From NCBI GenBank assembly GCA_044222185.1, contig JBGANV010000001.1:1789337-1853336 (forward strand): DNA of 64,000 bases, written 5' to 3'. Under the pieces are notes generated by a model. The model made no database searches, was not told where the DNA came from, and worked only from the letters and a program-made list of their open reading frames with translations. Each line of letters opens with the position of its first letter. Position 1 is the stretch's first letter. This document shows positions 38,324-48,281 of the stretch, in pieces. The DNA comes from Planctomycetota bacterium. GTDB lineage: Bacteria > Planctomycetota > GCA-002687715 > CAIWVZ01. Made by a program: the position numbers and the translations under genes.

Positions 38324-39381
38324 GTCTTGTCACGAGCGTCGGAACGGCGTCCGAGCTCCTCCTCGATTTGATCCAGTCTCTTCGAGACCTCGCGCAGCTT
38401 GTGGTGCATCTCAGGGAGCTTGGTCTGGAGGACGCGCGCCCGTTGGCCGGCTCCGTATGGGATCGCTGGAATCCCGAGGAACTGGCCCCCGGCCTCCAGG
38501 TCCTTGCTGACCCCGCTCATGGCCGAAACCTGCGCCCTGTCGCCGATGTGGACGTGGCCCGCGACACCGACCTTCGCCGCGAGCACCACGTGGTGGCCCA
38601 GCGACGACGAGCCGGCGATGCCGGCCTGCGCGACGATGATGCAGTGCGGTCCGATGATGACGTTGTGTGCGACCTGGACGAGGTTGTCGATCTTCGTCCC
38701 CTTGCCGATCCGCGTTTCGGCGAACCGCGCGCGATCGACGCAGACGTTGGCGCCGATCTCCACGTCGTCTTCGATGACGACGGTGCCGATCTGGGGAATC
38801 TTGTGGTGAGTGCCCCCATCGTCCGTTGCGTAGCCGAACCCGTCCGATCCGATGACCGTGCCGGCGTGGATGATGACGCGGTCGCCGAGACGGACCTGAT
38901 CGAGCAGCGAGGCGTTGGGATGGACGAGGCAGTCGGACCCGATGACGACGTCGCTACCGATCACGGCGTTCGCCGAGATGATCGTGCGAGCGCCGATCCG
39001 GGACCGGGCGCCCACGACGGCGCCAGCGCGAATGGACGCCGTCACGTCGATGACCGCCGCCGGATCCACGATTGCGCGAGCGTGAACGCCACCCTCACCG
39101 CGCGCACGCGTACGCTGCCAGTAGTCCACGAGCTTCGCGAACGCGAGGTTGGCGTCCGGAACGACGATCTGTGTCGCGCGGCACCCCGCATGCTCTCGAT
39201 CGACGACGACGACCGAAGCCAGCGTCGAAGGGAGCAATGCGAAGAACTTCTCCTGCGCTACGAAGGTGACGTCACCCGCAGCCGCAATCTCGACGCCATT
39301 CACGTTCGAGACGAGGGCGGACGGGTCGCCGACCACCCGCCCTTGAAGCAGTGTCGCCAGTTCGCTGGCCGCGATCTTCAC
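38320..39381 (-). CDS. lpxD: UDP-3-O-acylglucosamine N-acyltransferase LpxD
   Basis: Long left-handed beta-helix hexapeptide repeat region with the characteristic LpxD N-terminal domain. ATGA overlap with lpxC-fabZ. Confidence 0.9.
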   Translation of the reverse strand: MKIAASELATLLQGRVVGDPSALVSNVNGVEIAAAGDVTFVAQEKFFALLPSTLASVVVVDREHAGCRATQIVVPDANLAFAKLVDYWQRTRARGEGGVHARAIVDPAAVIDVTASIRAGAVVGARSRIGARTIISANAVIGSDVVIGSDCLVHPNASLLDQVRLGDRVIIHAGTVIGSDGFGYATDDGGTHHKIPQIGTVVIEDDVEIGANVCVDRARFAETRIGKGTKIDNLVQVAHNVIIGPHCIIVAQAGIAGSSSLGHHVVLAAKVGVAGHVHIGDRAQVSAMSGVSKDLEAGGQFLGIPAIPYGAGQRARVLQTKLPEMHHKLREVSKRLDQIEEELGRRSDARDKT

Positions 39382-39388
39382 GCGCGGA

Positions 39389-39934
39389 TCACTTGTTCAG
39401 GCGTGCGACGACGTCGGAGGTGATGTCCCAGTCAGGCACGTAGAAGAGGACCGGGCGCACCATGATGTTGTTCATCACGTCGCGTTTGTTGTCGCCTTCG
39501 ATGCTGCCCGAGACGTACATGAACACCGCCTTGCACCCCTTGGCTTCGGCGACGGCCTTCACCTCGCGACGCACGTCGTCGTAGAGCTTGGAAAGCTCGG
39601 TGGCGAGCGTCTTCGACGTCTTGTACGTGATCGACGCTTCCTCGAGGTCCGCCTCGGCTTCAGCGAGCCGGATCTTCTTCTGCTGCTCGATCCACGGCTC
39701 GGAGCCCTTGGTGTAGAGGTCCAGAGTCTCCTTCAGCGCCGCGATCTTGCGCCGATCTTCGGTGAGGCTGCGCACCTTCTCGTCGACCTGGGTCTTGATC
39801 TGGTCCGAGAGCGTGACGGCTTTCTTGTATTCCTTCAGGCAACGCTCGACGTCCACGAACGCGAGCATTTGCTGGCCAAAGGCCGGAACGATCAACGCCA
39901 CGAAGGTTGCGAGAACGAGAGCAGCTCGCTTCAT
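39389..39934 (-). CDS. skp: Periplasmic chaperone Skp/OmpH
   Basis: Signal peptide followed by a Lys/Glu-rich coiled-coil. Canonical position between bamA and lpxD. Confidence 0.8.
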   Translation of the reverse strand: MKRAALVLATFVALIVPAFGQQMLAFVDVERCLKEYKKAVTLSDQIKTQVDEKVRSLTEDRRKIAALKETLDLYTKGSEPWIEQQKKIRLAEAEADLEEASITYKTSKTLATELSKLYDDVRREVKAVAEAKGCKAVFMYVSGSIEGDNKRDVMNNIMVRPVLFYVPDWDITSDVVARLNK

Positions 39935-39978
39935 GAGGACTCCTCGATTGACAATTCCGCGGCTCGCCGCGGGCTCCA

Positions 39979-42462
39979 TCAGAAATTCGAACCGAAGCTG
40001 AAGGAGAGCACCCTCTCCTCGTCGCCGTCCTGACTCACGAACGGGAAGCCGAAGTCGAATGCAAGCGGCCGCGAGCCGAGGAACGGTATCACGATGCGTA
40101 AGCCGAAGCCACCGCTGACCCGTACGTCCCCGATCGCCGAATCGCTCCAACTCAGCGCGAGCGACCCCGAGTCGACGAACACGACGCCACGCAGACTCGG
40201 CTCGCCAGGACGCGCGGTGCCCACGAGCGGGAACGAGTACTCGGCGTTCGCCAGCCACAGCGCCTTGCCACCGATCGGGTCGCCGTTGTCGCGAGGGCCG
40301 ATGCCGCGGAATTGGAAACCGCGTAGCGAGTTGGCCCCGCCCGCGAAAAACCGTTCGTAGATCGGAATGTCGCGCGTGTCCCCGAACTCGTGGGCCCACC
40401 CGACGGTGCCCTTGAAGCGAAGCACGTGCCACCGCTCTTCTGCGTCCTCATGGAGCGGGACGTAGTACTCGCCCGTCGCGAGAACCTGGTTGAAGTCGAT
40501 GTCGCCCCAAAGGCCGGCGTGCTCCCACGAGACGTTCAGGATGTAGCCGTCGGTCGGGTCGACGAAGTTGTCGACGCGCAGCAGACGCCAGTCGAGCTGA
40601 AGCGACGACAGCAGACGCTCGCCCTCGAAGTCGAACACGAGCTGCGGCGCATCGTGCGAGATGTCGTTGATCTCGATCAGCTCGTTCCGCATGGTGATCG
40701 ACGCGAACATGTCCTCGCCGAGCTTGCGGCCGATCGTCGTGCGCTCGCCGATGCGGTCCTCGCGCCACGACTCGCGGAATGCGAACGACAGGTAGCCGTC
40801 CTGACGGAACGAGAAGTCCGAGTCCCACACTCGCGGGTTGTAGTACGAGCCCACGATGCGCGTCAGCCGCGTTCCGGGCTGCACCGACAACGTGAGCCTC
40901 TGCCCGCCACCGGTGAACGCGTCGAAGAAATCCCCGGGTGATTCCGGCAGATCCGTGGGATCGAAGTTGTCCTTCTCGTACGTGATGTCGCCGATCACGC
41001 CGTTGTTGGAGCCCACGCCGACGGCGAACCTGATGCTCCCGGTATCGCGCTCCTTCACCGAGAAGATGACGTCCTTCACGTTCTCGCGCTTCGTATCCCG
41101 AAGCGTGACGTAGGCCTCCCGGTAGTTCTGAAAGCGCGCGTTCGTGATGTCCGTGTAATCGCCGCTGAACCCGTCGGGGCCCTGAGCCCAGTACTGGAGG
41201 TTGAAGATCCGGCGCTTCGCCTTCTCGAACTTCTTCTCGTCCAGCGGCTCGCCCGTGAAGATCTCGATCTCGCGGCGGATGACGTTGTCCTTCGTCTCGA
41301 TGTTCCCCTTGATCTCCACTTCGCCGACGTAGATCCGCTCGCCTTCGACGATTTTCAGGATGACGTCCACCTCGTTCTTCTCGAGGTCGATCACCGAGGA
41401 ACCGGATTCGCGGATGTCGCAGTCGATGAACGCCCGCTCCTTGTAGCGGTCGAGGAGCTTCTTGATGTCGCGGCCCAGGTCGACGCCGGGGCGGTACCGG
41501 CCACCGACCTTCGTCTCCATCTCCTGCATCACCTCGTTGGGGTCGAAGAGTGTCATGCCTTCGATCGTCAAGCTGCGAACCATGTATGGCTCGCCTTCCT
41601 TCACGCCGATGCGCAGAGAGACTTCCGTGAAATCCTTGTTGGGCTCCCAGCCGAGAAGCGTCACCTCCGCGTCCAGGTAGCCCTCCTGGTGGTAGAAGCG
41701 CGTGAGCTGGACGACGTCGCGCTGCACCTCCGTGAGCACGAACGGTGCGTCCTTGAAGAGGCCGGATTCGTTCACCTTCGGCATGGCCTTGAGCAGATCG
41801 TCGTTCGAGAACGCGTGGTTGCCCTCGAACGCCACGTGCTCGATCTCGACCTCGGGGCCCTCGGTGATCTTGAAGACGATCACGAGCCCTTCCACGCCCT
41901 CGAGCTTGTCCTGCTCCACGGAAACCTGGACGAAGTGGAATCCCTTCTGACGGTACCAGTCGATGATCGCCTGCCGGTCGACGTCCAACGTGAACTGGTC
42001 GACGAGCCCGCCCGCGACCGTCTTGATGAGAGGCATGAGCTCTTCGCGTGTGCCGGTGACGAGGCCGAAGAAACTCACCTCGAGCACGCGGACGTTCTCT
42101 TCACCGAGGATGGAGACGGCGACGCCGTCTTCGAACGGCCGCACGCGGAAGCTCTGGATGTTGAAGAAGATCTTGTCGGCGACGAGGGACTTCACGTCCG
42201 CGCGCATGGCGTCCGCCTGGAACGGCTTCCCTTCCTTGATCGACATGCGAGCTCGCACGGCATCGGGCGTCAGACGGACGAGCCCGATGAACTCGATCTT
42301 CTTCACGACGCGCCCGTTGTACTGTTCGGCGTCCTGTGCGAGCGCCGGCATCGCGAGCGCGAGGATGGCGCACGAAAGCAGGATGCACTGAAGAGGACGC
42401 ACGCGAGCGGCGGGGTTCCAAGAACGACTCCGGCCGCGCACTGGACTGGCGTTGGCAATCAC
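39979..42462 (-). CDS. bamA: Outer membrane protein assembly factor BamA (Omp85)
   Basis: Signal peptide, five POTRA-like repeats and a C-terminal beta-barrel ending in an aromatic residue (FSFGSNF). ATGA overlap with the dnaB stop. Confidence 0.9.
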   Translation of the reverse strand: MIANASPVRGRSRSWNPAARVRPLQCILLSCAILALAMPALAQDAEQYNGRVVKKIEFIGLVRLTPDAVRARMSIKEGKPFQADAMRADVKSLVADKIFFNIQSFRVRPFEDGVAVSILGEENVRVLEVSFFGLVTGTREELMPLIKTVAGGLVDQFTLDVDRQAIIDWYRQKGFHFVQVSVEQDKLEGVEGLVIVFKITEGPEVEIEHVAFEGNHAFSNDDLLKAMPKVNESGLFKDAPFVLTEVQRDVVQLTRFYHQEGYLDAEVTLLGWEPNKDFTEVSLRIGVKEGEPYMVRSLTIEGMTLFDPNEVMQEMETKVGGRYRPGVDLGRDIKKLLDRYKERAFIDCDIRESGSSVIDLEKNEVDVILKIVEGERIYVGEVEIKGNIETKDNVIRREIEIFTGEPLDEKKFEKAKRRIFNLQYWAQGPDGFSGDYTDITNARFQNYREAYVTLRDTKRENVKDVIFSVKERDTGSIRFAVGVGSNNGVIGDITYEKDNFDPTDLPESPGDFFDAFTGGGQRLTLSVQPGTRLTRIVGSYYNPRVWDSDFSFRQDGYLSFAFRESWREDRIGERTTIGRKLGEDMFASITMRNELIEINDISHDAPQLVFDFEGERLLSSLQLDWRLLRVDNFVDPTDGYILNVSWEHAGLWGDIDFNQVLATGEYYVPLHEDAEERWHVLRFKGTVGWAHEFGDTRDIPIYERFFAGGANSLRGFQFRGIGPRDNGDPIGGKALWLANAEYSFPLVGTARPGEPSLRGVVFVDSGSLALSWSDSAIGDVRVSGGFGLRIVIPFLGSRPLAFDFGFPFVSQDGDEERVLSFSFGSNF

Positions 42463-43805
42463 TCGATTCCCTCGGCGTAGTTCTCGAACCTCAGCCGGTT
42501 TGGGAAGAACAGCAGTTCAACCTTCCCCGTCGGTCCGTTTCGCTGCTTCCCGATGATGACTTCCGTCTTGCGTCCCTGGTCCGGTGCCTGGGCTTCGCCT
42601 GAATAGTAGTCCTCGCGGTGGAGGAAGACGATGAGGTCCGCGTCCTGCTCGATGGCGCCCGACTCTCGGAGGTCGGAGAGCTGGGGACGATGATCCTTGC
42701 GGCTCTCGAGGGCCCGGTTGAGCTGCGACAGTGCGAGGACCGGGCACTCCAGCTCTCGGGCCAGCCCCTTCAGCGCCCGCGAGATCATGGCGATCTCCTG
42801 CTGGCGCGACTCGGCTGACGGAGTCCCCATCATCTGCAGGTAGTCGACGATGATGAGGTCGAGCTTCCCGCGGCGGGCCTTCACTCGGCGCGCCTTCGTG
42901 CGGATGGACATGGGGGTCACGCCCGAGGACGTGTCGATGAGGAACGGCGCGCCGTGCAGCCGCGTGGCGGCGTCGTGGAGCTTGTCCCAGTCGGGCTTCG
43001 AGAGCTGGCCGCGCCGCAAACGGCTCGCATCGACGCTCGCCGTCGCGCAGAGCATGTTCGTGAGGATCTGCTCGGCACCCATTTCGAGGCTGAAGAACAG
43101 GACCGTGGAGCCGTCTCCGAGACACGCGTTCAGCGCGCAGTTGATCGCGAACGTCGTCTTTCCCATGGACGGGCGCGCAGCGATGATCACGAGGTCCCCG
43201 CGCTGGAAGCCGCCCGTTCGGTCGTTCAGGCGGTAGTAGCCCGTGTCGATCCCGGTGATACCGCCTCGGGCGCCCTGCATGGCGCCGATCTTCTCCACGG
43301 TCTCCGCCAGGATGTCTCCGACCTCCACGGTCTCGTTCTTCCCGTCCTCGTTGGAGATCTCGAAGATCCGTTGTTCGGCCAGGTCCACGAGGTTTTCGCA
43401 GTCGAGGCGCCCGGTCATGCTCTCTGCGCGGATCTCGTCGCACGTGCGCATGAGGCGCCGACGGATTGCACATTCCTTGACGAGCTTCGCGTGCGCCAGC
43501 ACGTGAGCCGTCGACGGCAGCGTCTGGAGGAGCGACGCCAGGTACGCCTTCCCGCCGACCTCGTCGACGATGGATTCGCGAACGAGTCGGGCGTGGAGCG
43601 TCACCGCGTCCACCTTGTCCTCCTCGTTGGCGAGTTGGAGGATCGTCCGGAAGAGGAGTTGGTGCGGACGCCGGTAGAAGTCCTCCGGCTTGAGAATGGT
43701 TCCCAGCTCGGGAACGATCTCGCTGTCGAGGAGGACGGCCCCGAGAACGCTCATCTCGGCGTCCAGATTGTGGGGCGGAACGAGCTCCTCGATTCCCTTC
43801 TCCAC
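42459..43805 (-). CDS. dnaB: Replicative DNA helicase DnaB
   Basis: Walker A (ARPSMGKT) and RecA-like C-terminal domain. N-terminal DnaB domain. 448 aa. Confidence 0.9.
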   Translation of the reverse strand: MEKGIEELVPPHNLDAEMSVLGAVLLDSEIVPELGTILKPEDFYRRPHQLLFRTILQLANEEDKVDAVTLHARLVRESIVDEVGGKAYLASLLQTLPSTAHVLAHAKLVKECAIRRRLMRTCDEIRAESMTGRLDCENLVDLAEQRIFEISNEDGKNETVEVGDILAETVEKIGAMQGARGGITGIDTGYYRLNDRTGGFQRGDLVIIAARPSMGKTTFAINCALNACLGDGSTVLFFSLEMGAEQILTNMLCATASVDASRLRRGQLSKPDWDKLHDAATRLHGAPFLIDTSSGVTPMSIRTKARRVKARRGKLDLIIVDYLQMMGTPSAESRQQEIAMISRALKGLARELECPVLALSQLNRALESRKDHRPQLSDLRESGAIEQDADLIVFLHREDYYSGEAQAPDQGRKTEVIIGKQRNGPTGKVELLFFPNRLRFENYAEGIE

Positions 43806-43896
43806 GTCCCTTCAGCTCCCGGAGCCGCGCGCCGTCCGCCACGCGAGGTGGCAGCGACGCGCGAACGAAATCACACCGGGCACTGGCGCCCAGCGA

Positions 43897-44406
43897 TCAC
43901 GTCTTCGGAGTCTCGGCCTCCGCCGTCTTCTTCAGCGTCTGGCCCGGCTCCCAATCCTCGAATCCCTCGGCGCGCACCTTGACCGGCATGTACAGCTCCA
44001 CATCCGAGTGGAGGTGGATGCGCACGTCGTAGTTCCCGATGTCGCGGATCGGCGCATCGAGGCGCACGACGCGGGGATCGAGGTCGAAGCCCTTGCCCTT
44101 CAGTGCGGCGGCGACGACCTTGTCGTTCACCGACCCGTACAGGCGGCCTTCGTCCGATGCCTTCTCGACGATCATCAGGCTGATCGGCTTGAGCAGGTCC
44201 GCCAGGGCCTTCGCCTGGCTGACGATCTTGGCCTCTTCGGCGAGCCATTGCTTGCGGCTGGCTGCGACGCGCCGCTCGTTCGCGACGGTCGGCAGGATGG
44301 CGAAGCCGAGGGGCAGGAGAAAATTGCGCGCATAGCCGGGCTTGACGGCGACACGGTCACCGCGCTTGCCGAGCTTGTCGACGTCCTTGATGAGGAGAAT
44401 GTCCAT
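43897..44406 (-). CDS. rplI: 50S ribosomal protein L9
   Basis: MDILLIKDVDKLGKRGD... N-terminal L9 signature. 169 aa. Confidence 0.9.
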   Translation of the reverse strand: MDILLIKDVDKLGKRGDRVAVKPGYARNFLLPLGFAILPTVANERRVAASRKQWLAEEAKIVSQAKALADLLKPISLMIVEKASDEGRLYGSVNDKVVAAALKGKGFDLDPRVVRLDAPIRDIGNYDVRIHLHSDVELYMPVKVRAEGFEDWEPGQTLKKTAEAETPKT

Positions 44407-44468
44407 GATGATGACGGCCGGAGCATCCCGGCCATGATTTCAGCACGTTGTGTGGGATGGTACCGCGC

Positions 44469-44771
44469 TCACCCGACGTAGGGCATGAGCGCGAGGAAGC
44501 GGGCGTACTTGATGGCGAACTTCAACGCCCGCTGGTGACTGCCGCAGTTGCCCGACCGCTTTCGGGAGAAGATCTTCCCTTGCGGCGTGACGAAGCGCTG
44601 GAGGAGGTCGATGTTCTTGTAGTCGACCGGCGGATAGCTGGGAGGAGCGTTCGGGTCCTTCTCCTGCTTCTTGTCGTTGCGGCACCAGCGGCACGGTCCC
44701 CGCTCGGTGAGCTTCTTCAGGCGCTTCTTCTTTTCCTTCGCCTTCAACTTCGCTTGGCTGATCGATGCCAT
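44469..44771 (-). CDS. rpsR: 30S ribosomal protein S18
   Basis: Conserved ...DYKNIDLLQRFVTPQGKI...KRSGNC...HQRALKFAIKYARFLALMPY region. Confidence 0.9.
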   Translation of the reverse strand: MASISQAKLKAKEKKKRLKKLTERGPCRWCRNDKKQEKDPNAPPSYPPVDYKNIDLLQRFVTPQGKIFSRKRSGNCGSHQRALKFAIKYARFLALMPYVG

Positions 44772-44782
44772 GGGTGTCTCCT

Positions 44783-45217
44783 TCAGACGAGCTCGTCCAG
44801 TGCCTCTTCGTCGCGATTGCGGCGACCGCGGTCGCCGTCATCACGCCGCCCGCCTTCGTCCGAGCGCTCGTCGTCCTCGCGCTTGGGCCGAAGGGCCTCG
44901 TACTGCGACGCCGTCATGAACGTCGGGAACTCCTCCTCGATGTGGAGGATGAGCGACCGGAGGATGTCCTCGTTCAGGCTGACGGCTGCGCGCAGATCCG
45001 TCATCGCCTTCGCGTCCATCTCGAAGTGGGTGAGCACGTAGCTGCCGCGCTTCTGGCCCTTGATCTCGTAGGCGAGCTTGCGCTCGTCCCAGCGGTCGAT
45101 CTTGACGACCGACGCTCCGTGCTTCTTCAGCACCTCGTTGATGACACCCGTGCTCTCTGGCGCGTCGGGCTTGACCCGACTGTTGTCCAGAAGAAACAGA
45201 CCTTCGTACTTCGCCAC
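44783..45217 (-). CDS. rpsF: 30S ribosomal protein S6 (with acidic C-terminal tail)
   Basis: MAKYEGLFLLD...GVINEVLKKHGASV...DRWDERKLAYEI S6 fold. Confidence 0.9.
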   Translation of the reverse strand: MAKYEGLFLLDNSRVKPDAPESTGVINEVLKKHGASVVKIDRWDERKLAYEIKGQKRGSYVLTHFEMDAKAMTDLRAAVSLNEDILRSLILHIEEEFPTFMTASQYEALRPKREDDERSDEGGRRDDGDRGRRNRDEEALDELV

Positions 45218-45236
45218 GGAAGACCCCCGAATGGGT

Positions 45237-45899
45237 TCAGTCCCCCCGCTCCCCGCGGTCAGGCGGGCCGTCGCAGCCCTCGCTGCGAACCCCGGCGTCG
45301 CCAGTCCCGGGATTGGGCACCCCGGGAGAGGAGCGGTTCGTTTCGGCCGCGATCCGCTGGACGGCCGTCCCCATCAGGAACTGCCGCACACCGTCCGCTG
45401 CCCGGAGCACGCTCGTATCGATCTCGAGTCGTTCCGCCGGAGAGAACGGCGAGAGCACATGCTCGCGCCAGCTCTCGGCTGGTACCGACCCGATTCCGAT
45501 CCGAAGGCGTGGCACCGACTCGGTCTGCAGCGCGTCGATGACGGACCGCAGACCGTTGTGACCACCGTGGCTGCCGCCCGCTCGAAAGCGCACGCGACCG
45601 GGAGCCAGCGCCATGTCGTCGAGGACCACGAGGACGCCATCCGGCGTTGCCTGGCACTCGTCGAGCATGGCTCGCACGGCCGGACCCGTGAGATTCACGT
45701 AGGTGTCCGGCTTCAGCAGCACGAAGGGCTCGCCACCGAGCTGCCCTCGCGCCACCCATCCGCGGCCCGCCTCGTGTGTGAACACGAGACGGAGCAGCGT
45801 CGCCACCTTGTCCACCACTTCGAACCCGACGTTGTGTCGGGTCCCTTCGTATCTGGCACCCGGGTTTCCGATCCCGACGACCAGCCGTGGGTGGCCCAA
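45237..45899 (-). CDS. pth: Peptidyl-tRNA hydrolase
   Basis: LVVGIGNPGARYEGTRHNVGF and the HNG..S motif (GGHNGLRS). Confidence 0.85.
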   Translation of the reverse strand: MGHPRLVVGIGNPGARYEGTRHNVGFEVVDKVATLLRLVFTHEAGRGWVARGQLGGEPFVLLKPDTYVNLTGPAVRAMLDECQATPDGVLVVLDDMALAPGRVRFRAGGSHGGHNGLRSVIDALQTESVPRLRIGIGSVPAESWREHVLSPFSPAERLEIDTSVLRAADGVRQFLMGTAVQRIAAETNRSSPGVPNPGTGDAGVRSEGCDGPPDRGERGD

Positions 45900-45917
45900 G
45901 GGAGGCCCTCGAGAGAA

Positions 45918-46580
45918 CTACTTCTTGTCCTTCTCCGCCTTCGCGTCGGCCGCGCCTTCCTCTGGCTTCTTCTCCTTGAGGACGACGGGCTCGGCGGCCG
46001 CAGCGTCCGCCGGTGTACCGGCCGGGGCTTCGGCTTCGACGTGGCGGTAGTGGTACGAGGCGAGGGTCTTCTTCGGGTCGTCCGAAAGGCTCACGCCTGC
46101 CGGGAGCTTCAGGTCCTTCGCATCGACGTGTTCGCCGATCTTCAGACCTTCGAGGTTGACCGTGATCGTCTTCGGAATCTCGGTCGGGAGGCACTCGACG
46201 AAAACGTCCTCGCTGACGTGATCGAGAACCGAACCGGCGACCATCTCAGGATGCCCTGAGAACGCCAGAGGAACGGAGACGCGAACGCGCGCGGTCAGGT
46301 CGATCCGGACGAAGTCGACGTGGATCATCTCCTTGCCGAACGTGTCCCACTGGACGTCCTTCAGCAGGGCAGCCTCCGTCTTGCCGGCGATCTCGAGCTT
46401 GAAGGTCTTGTTGCCTTCGTGGAACTCGTGATCGAAGACGTGATAGTCGACCGAGCAGGCGTGTGGGTCGCGGCCCAGGCCATAGACGACGGCCGGAACC
46501 TGCCCGCTGCGACGAACGCGACGTGACTCGGCGCTGCCCAGTTTCGGGCGCGGCTGCGTCTTCAGAATCGTGAGTTCCAT
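45918..46580 (-). CDS. rplY: 50S ribosomal protein L25 / general stress protein Ctc
   Basis: L25 N-terminal beta-barrel (GQVPAVVYG) plus C-terminal Ctc-type extension with a Lys/Ala/Glu-rich tail. Confidence 0.85.
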   Translation of the reverse strand: MELTILKTQPRPKLGSAESRRVRRSGQVPAVVYGLGRDPHACSVDYHVFDHEFHEGNKTFKLEIAGKTEAALLKDVQWDTFGKEMIHVDFVRIDLTARVRVSVPLAFSGHPEMVAGSVLDHVSEDVFVECLPTEIPKTITVNLEGLKIGEHVDAKDLKLPAGVSLSDDPKKTLASYHYRHVEAEAPAGTPADAAAAEPVVLKEKKPEEGAADAKAEKDKK

Positions 46581-47920
46581 CAGTGTCTTCCTGTCTTGTT
46601 CGATGAGTTCCTGGTCGATCGTGCGCGCGTCTTCCCACGTCGTTCGAGGCCCCGAGCCGGCACTCCGACGACCGTTCCGCCCGGCGGAACGTCGCGGCCT
46701 GCCGTCACGACGGCTCCGGCACCCGTCGTGGCACGATCACCCACGGTGATCGGTGCGACGAGGACAGTGCCCGAACCGATGAATGCCTCCGAACCGATCT
46801 GCGTCCGATGCTTCGTGCGGCCGTCGTAGTTGGCCGTGATCGTCCCGGCGCCGATGTTCGTGTCGGATCCGACGTCCGCGTCCCCGAGGTAGGTCAGGTG
46901 ACGCGCGAGCGTGCGAGCGCCGATACGGGAGGCCTTCACCTCGACGAAATTGCCGACCTGCGATCCCTCCTCCATCACGGTCCCGGAACGGACGTGAGCG
47001 AAGGGTCCAACCCGACAATGGGCGGCGATGCTAACAGCCGTCCGAATCACCACAAAGGGTTCGACGATCGTGCCCGCCCCGATGGAACACCCCACTTCGA
47101 TGTGGGTTAGGTGCGGTGCGACGATGCGTACGCCGTTCTCCATGTGCTCGGCCACGAGGCGATCGTGGAGCATGGTCTGGGCCCGAACGAGTTCGAGCGG
47201 TCGGTTGATCCCGGAGACCTCCTCGAGGGCCGCCGTCAGATGTGTCGCGACCTTCCCGCGGTCCCCGAGCTCGAGCCCCAGCACGTCCGTCAGGTAGTAC
47301 TCACCCTGGGCGTTCGCTCGGCCGACCTTGGGAAGCTGGCGGCGGAGGACGGCGGACCGGAACACGTAGATCCCCGCGTTGATCTCCCGGATCGCCCGGA
47401 TCTGGTCGGTGGCGTCCTTCTCCTCGACGATTCGCGAGAAGGCGCCGCGCGAGTCGCGAACGATGCGCCCGAGGCCCGTCGGGTCCGGCACGACCCCGGT
47501 CAGCGCCGTGATGCTCGCCTTGGCGCGCCGGTGCTCCGTCACGATCGCCGCGAGCGTCGCCGGTCGGATCAACGGGACATCCCCAGAGAGGACGAGCACG
47601 TCCGAGTCGCCCTTGGGCAGCGCCGCCAGTCCGAACTTCACCGCATGCGCCGTCCCGAGCGGCTTCGGTTGTTTCGCGAAGCTCAGGTCGGACGCCGGGC
47701 CCAGGGTCTTCCTGATGAGCGGCAGGTGGCGCCCGGCGATGACGACGAGGCTTCGCGGCTTCAGCGTCCGGGCCGCTTCGATGACATGGCCGAGGAGCGG
47801 TCGCCCGAGCAGATCCACGAGCACCTTCGGCAGCGGGCTCTTCATCCGCTTGCCCTCGCCAGCCGCGAGGATGAGCACGTCCAATGGGCGCTTCAGGGCG
47901 AGTCTCCGTGCCGGGTTCAA
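46580..47920 (-). CDS. glmU: Bifunctional UDP-N-acetylglucosamine pyrophosphorylase / glucosamine-1-phosphate N-acetyltransferase GlmU
   Basis: N-terminal LILAAGEGKRMKS nucleotidyltransferase motif. C-terminal hexapeptide-repeat acetyltransferase domain. Confidence 0.9.
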   Translation of the reverse strand: MNPARRLALKRPLDVLILAAGEGKRMKSPLPKVLVDLLGRPLLGHVIEAARTLKPRSLVVIAGRHLPLIRKTLGPASDLSFAKQPKPLGTAHAVKFGLAALPKGDSDVLVLSGDVPLIRPATLAAIVTEHRRAKASITALTGVVPDPTGLGRIVRDSRGAFSRIVEEKDATDQIRAIREINAGIYVFRSAVLRRQLPKVGRANAQGEYYLTDVLGLELGDRGKVATHLTAALEEVSGINRPLELVRAQTMLHDRLVAEHMENGVRIVAPHLTHIEVGCSIGAGTIVEPFVVIRTAVSIAAHCRVGPFAHVRSGTVMEEGSQVGNFVEVKASRIGARTLARHLTYLGDADVGSDTNIGAGTITANYDGRTKHRTQIGSEAFIGSGTVLVAPITVGDRATTGAGAVVTAGRDVPPGGTVVGVPARGLERRGKTRARSTRNSSNKTGRH

Positions 47921-47963
47921 AGAAGAAGACCCGAGAGCACGCTCCCGGGTCTTCGACGCATCA

Positions 47964-48035
47964 TTACCCTGCTAGGACTCGAACCTAGAATTGCAGGGCC
48001 AGAACCTGCCGTGTTACCAATTACACCACAGGGTA
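47964..48035 (-). tRNA. tRNA-Gln (anticodon CUG)
   Basis: Hand-folded cloverleaf: U1:A72 acceptor pair typical of tRNA-Gln, D arm GTGTAATTGGTAACAC, anticodon loop TTCTGGC, T arm CTAGGTTCGAGTCCTAG. CCA is not encoded. Confidence 0.75.
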
Positions 48036-48136
48036 GTGGTGGCGCGGGAGACGAGCCCCCGCCCGCGATCGAGCGAGACTGTATCGGTGGCCGAACGTGA
48101 TTCAACGGGACGCCATCGGGAGCGACCGCGCCGAAG

Positions 48137-48208
48137 TTACCCCGCCAGGACTCGAACCTGGAATAACAGGACCAAAACCTGCTGTGTTACCAATTACACC
48201 ACGGGGTA
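48137..48208 (-). tRNA. tRNA-Gln (anticodon UUG)
   Basis: Near-identical to the neighbouring tRNA-Gln, but with anticodon loop TTTTGGT and a compensating acceptor-stem change (CCCCG/CGGGG). Confidence 0.75.
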
Positions 48209-48281
48209 GCGGGGCCACGTTGTACCACAGCAGGTGCGTGCGCAAACACCGCGCGGAGCGGCTGAAAATGAGGTCGACCCC

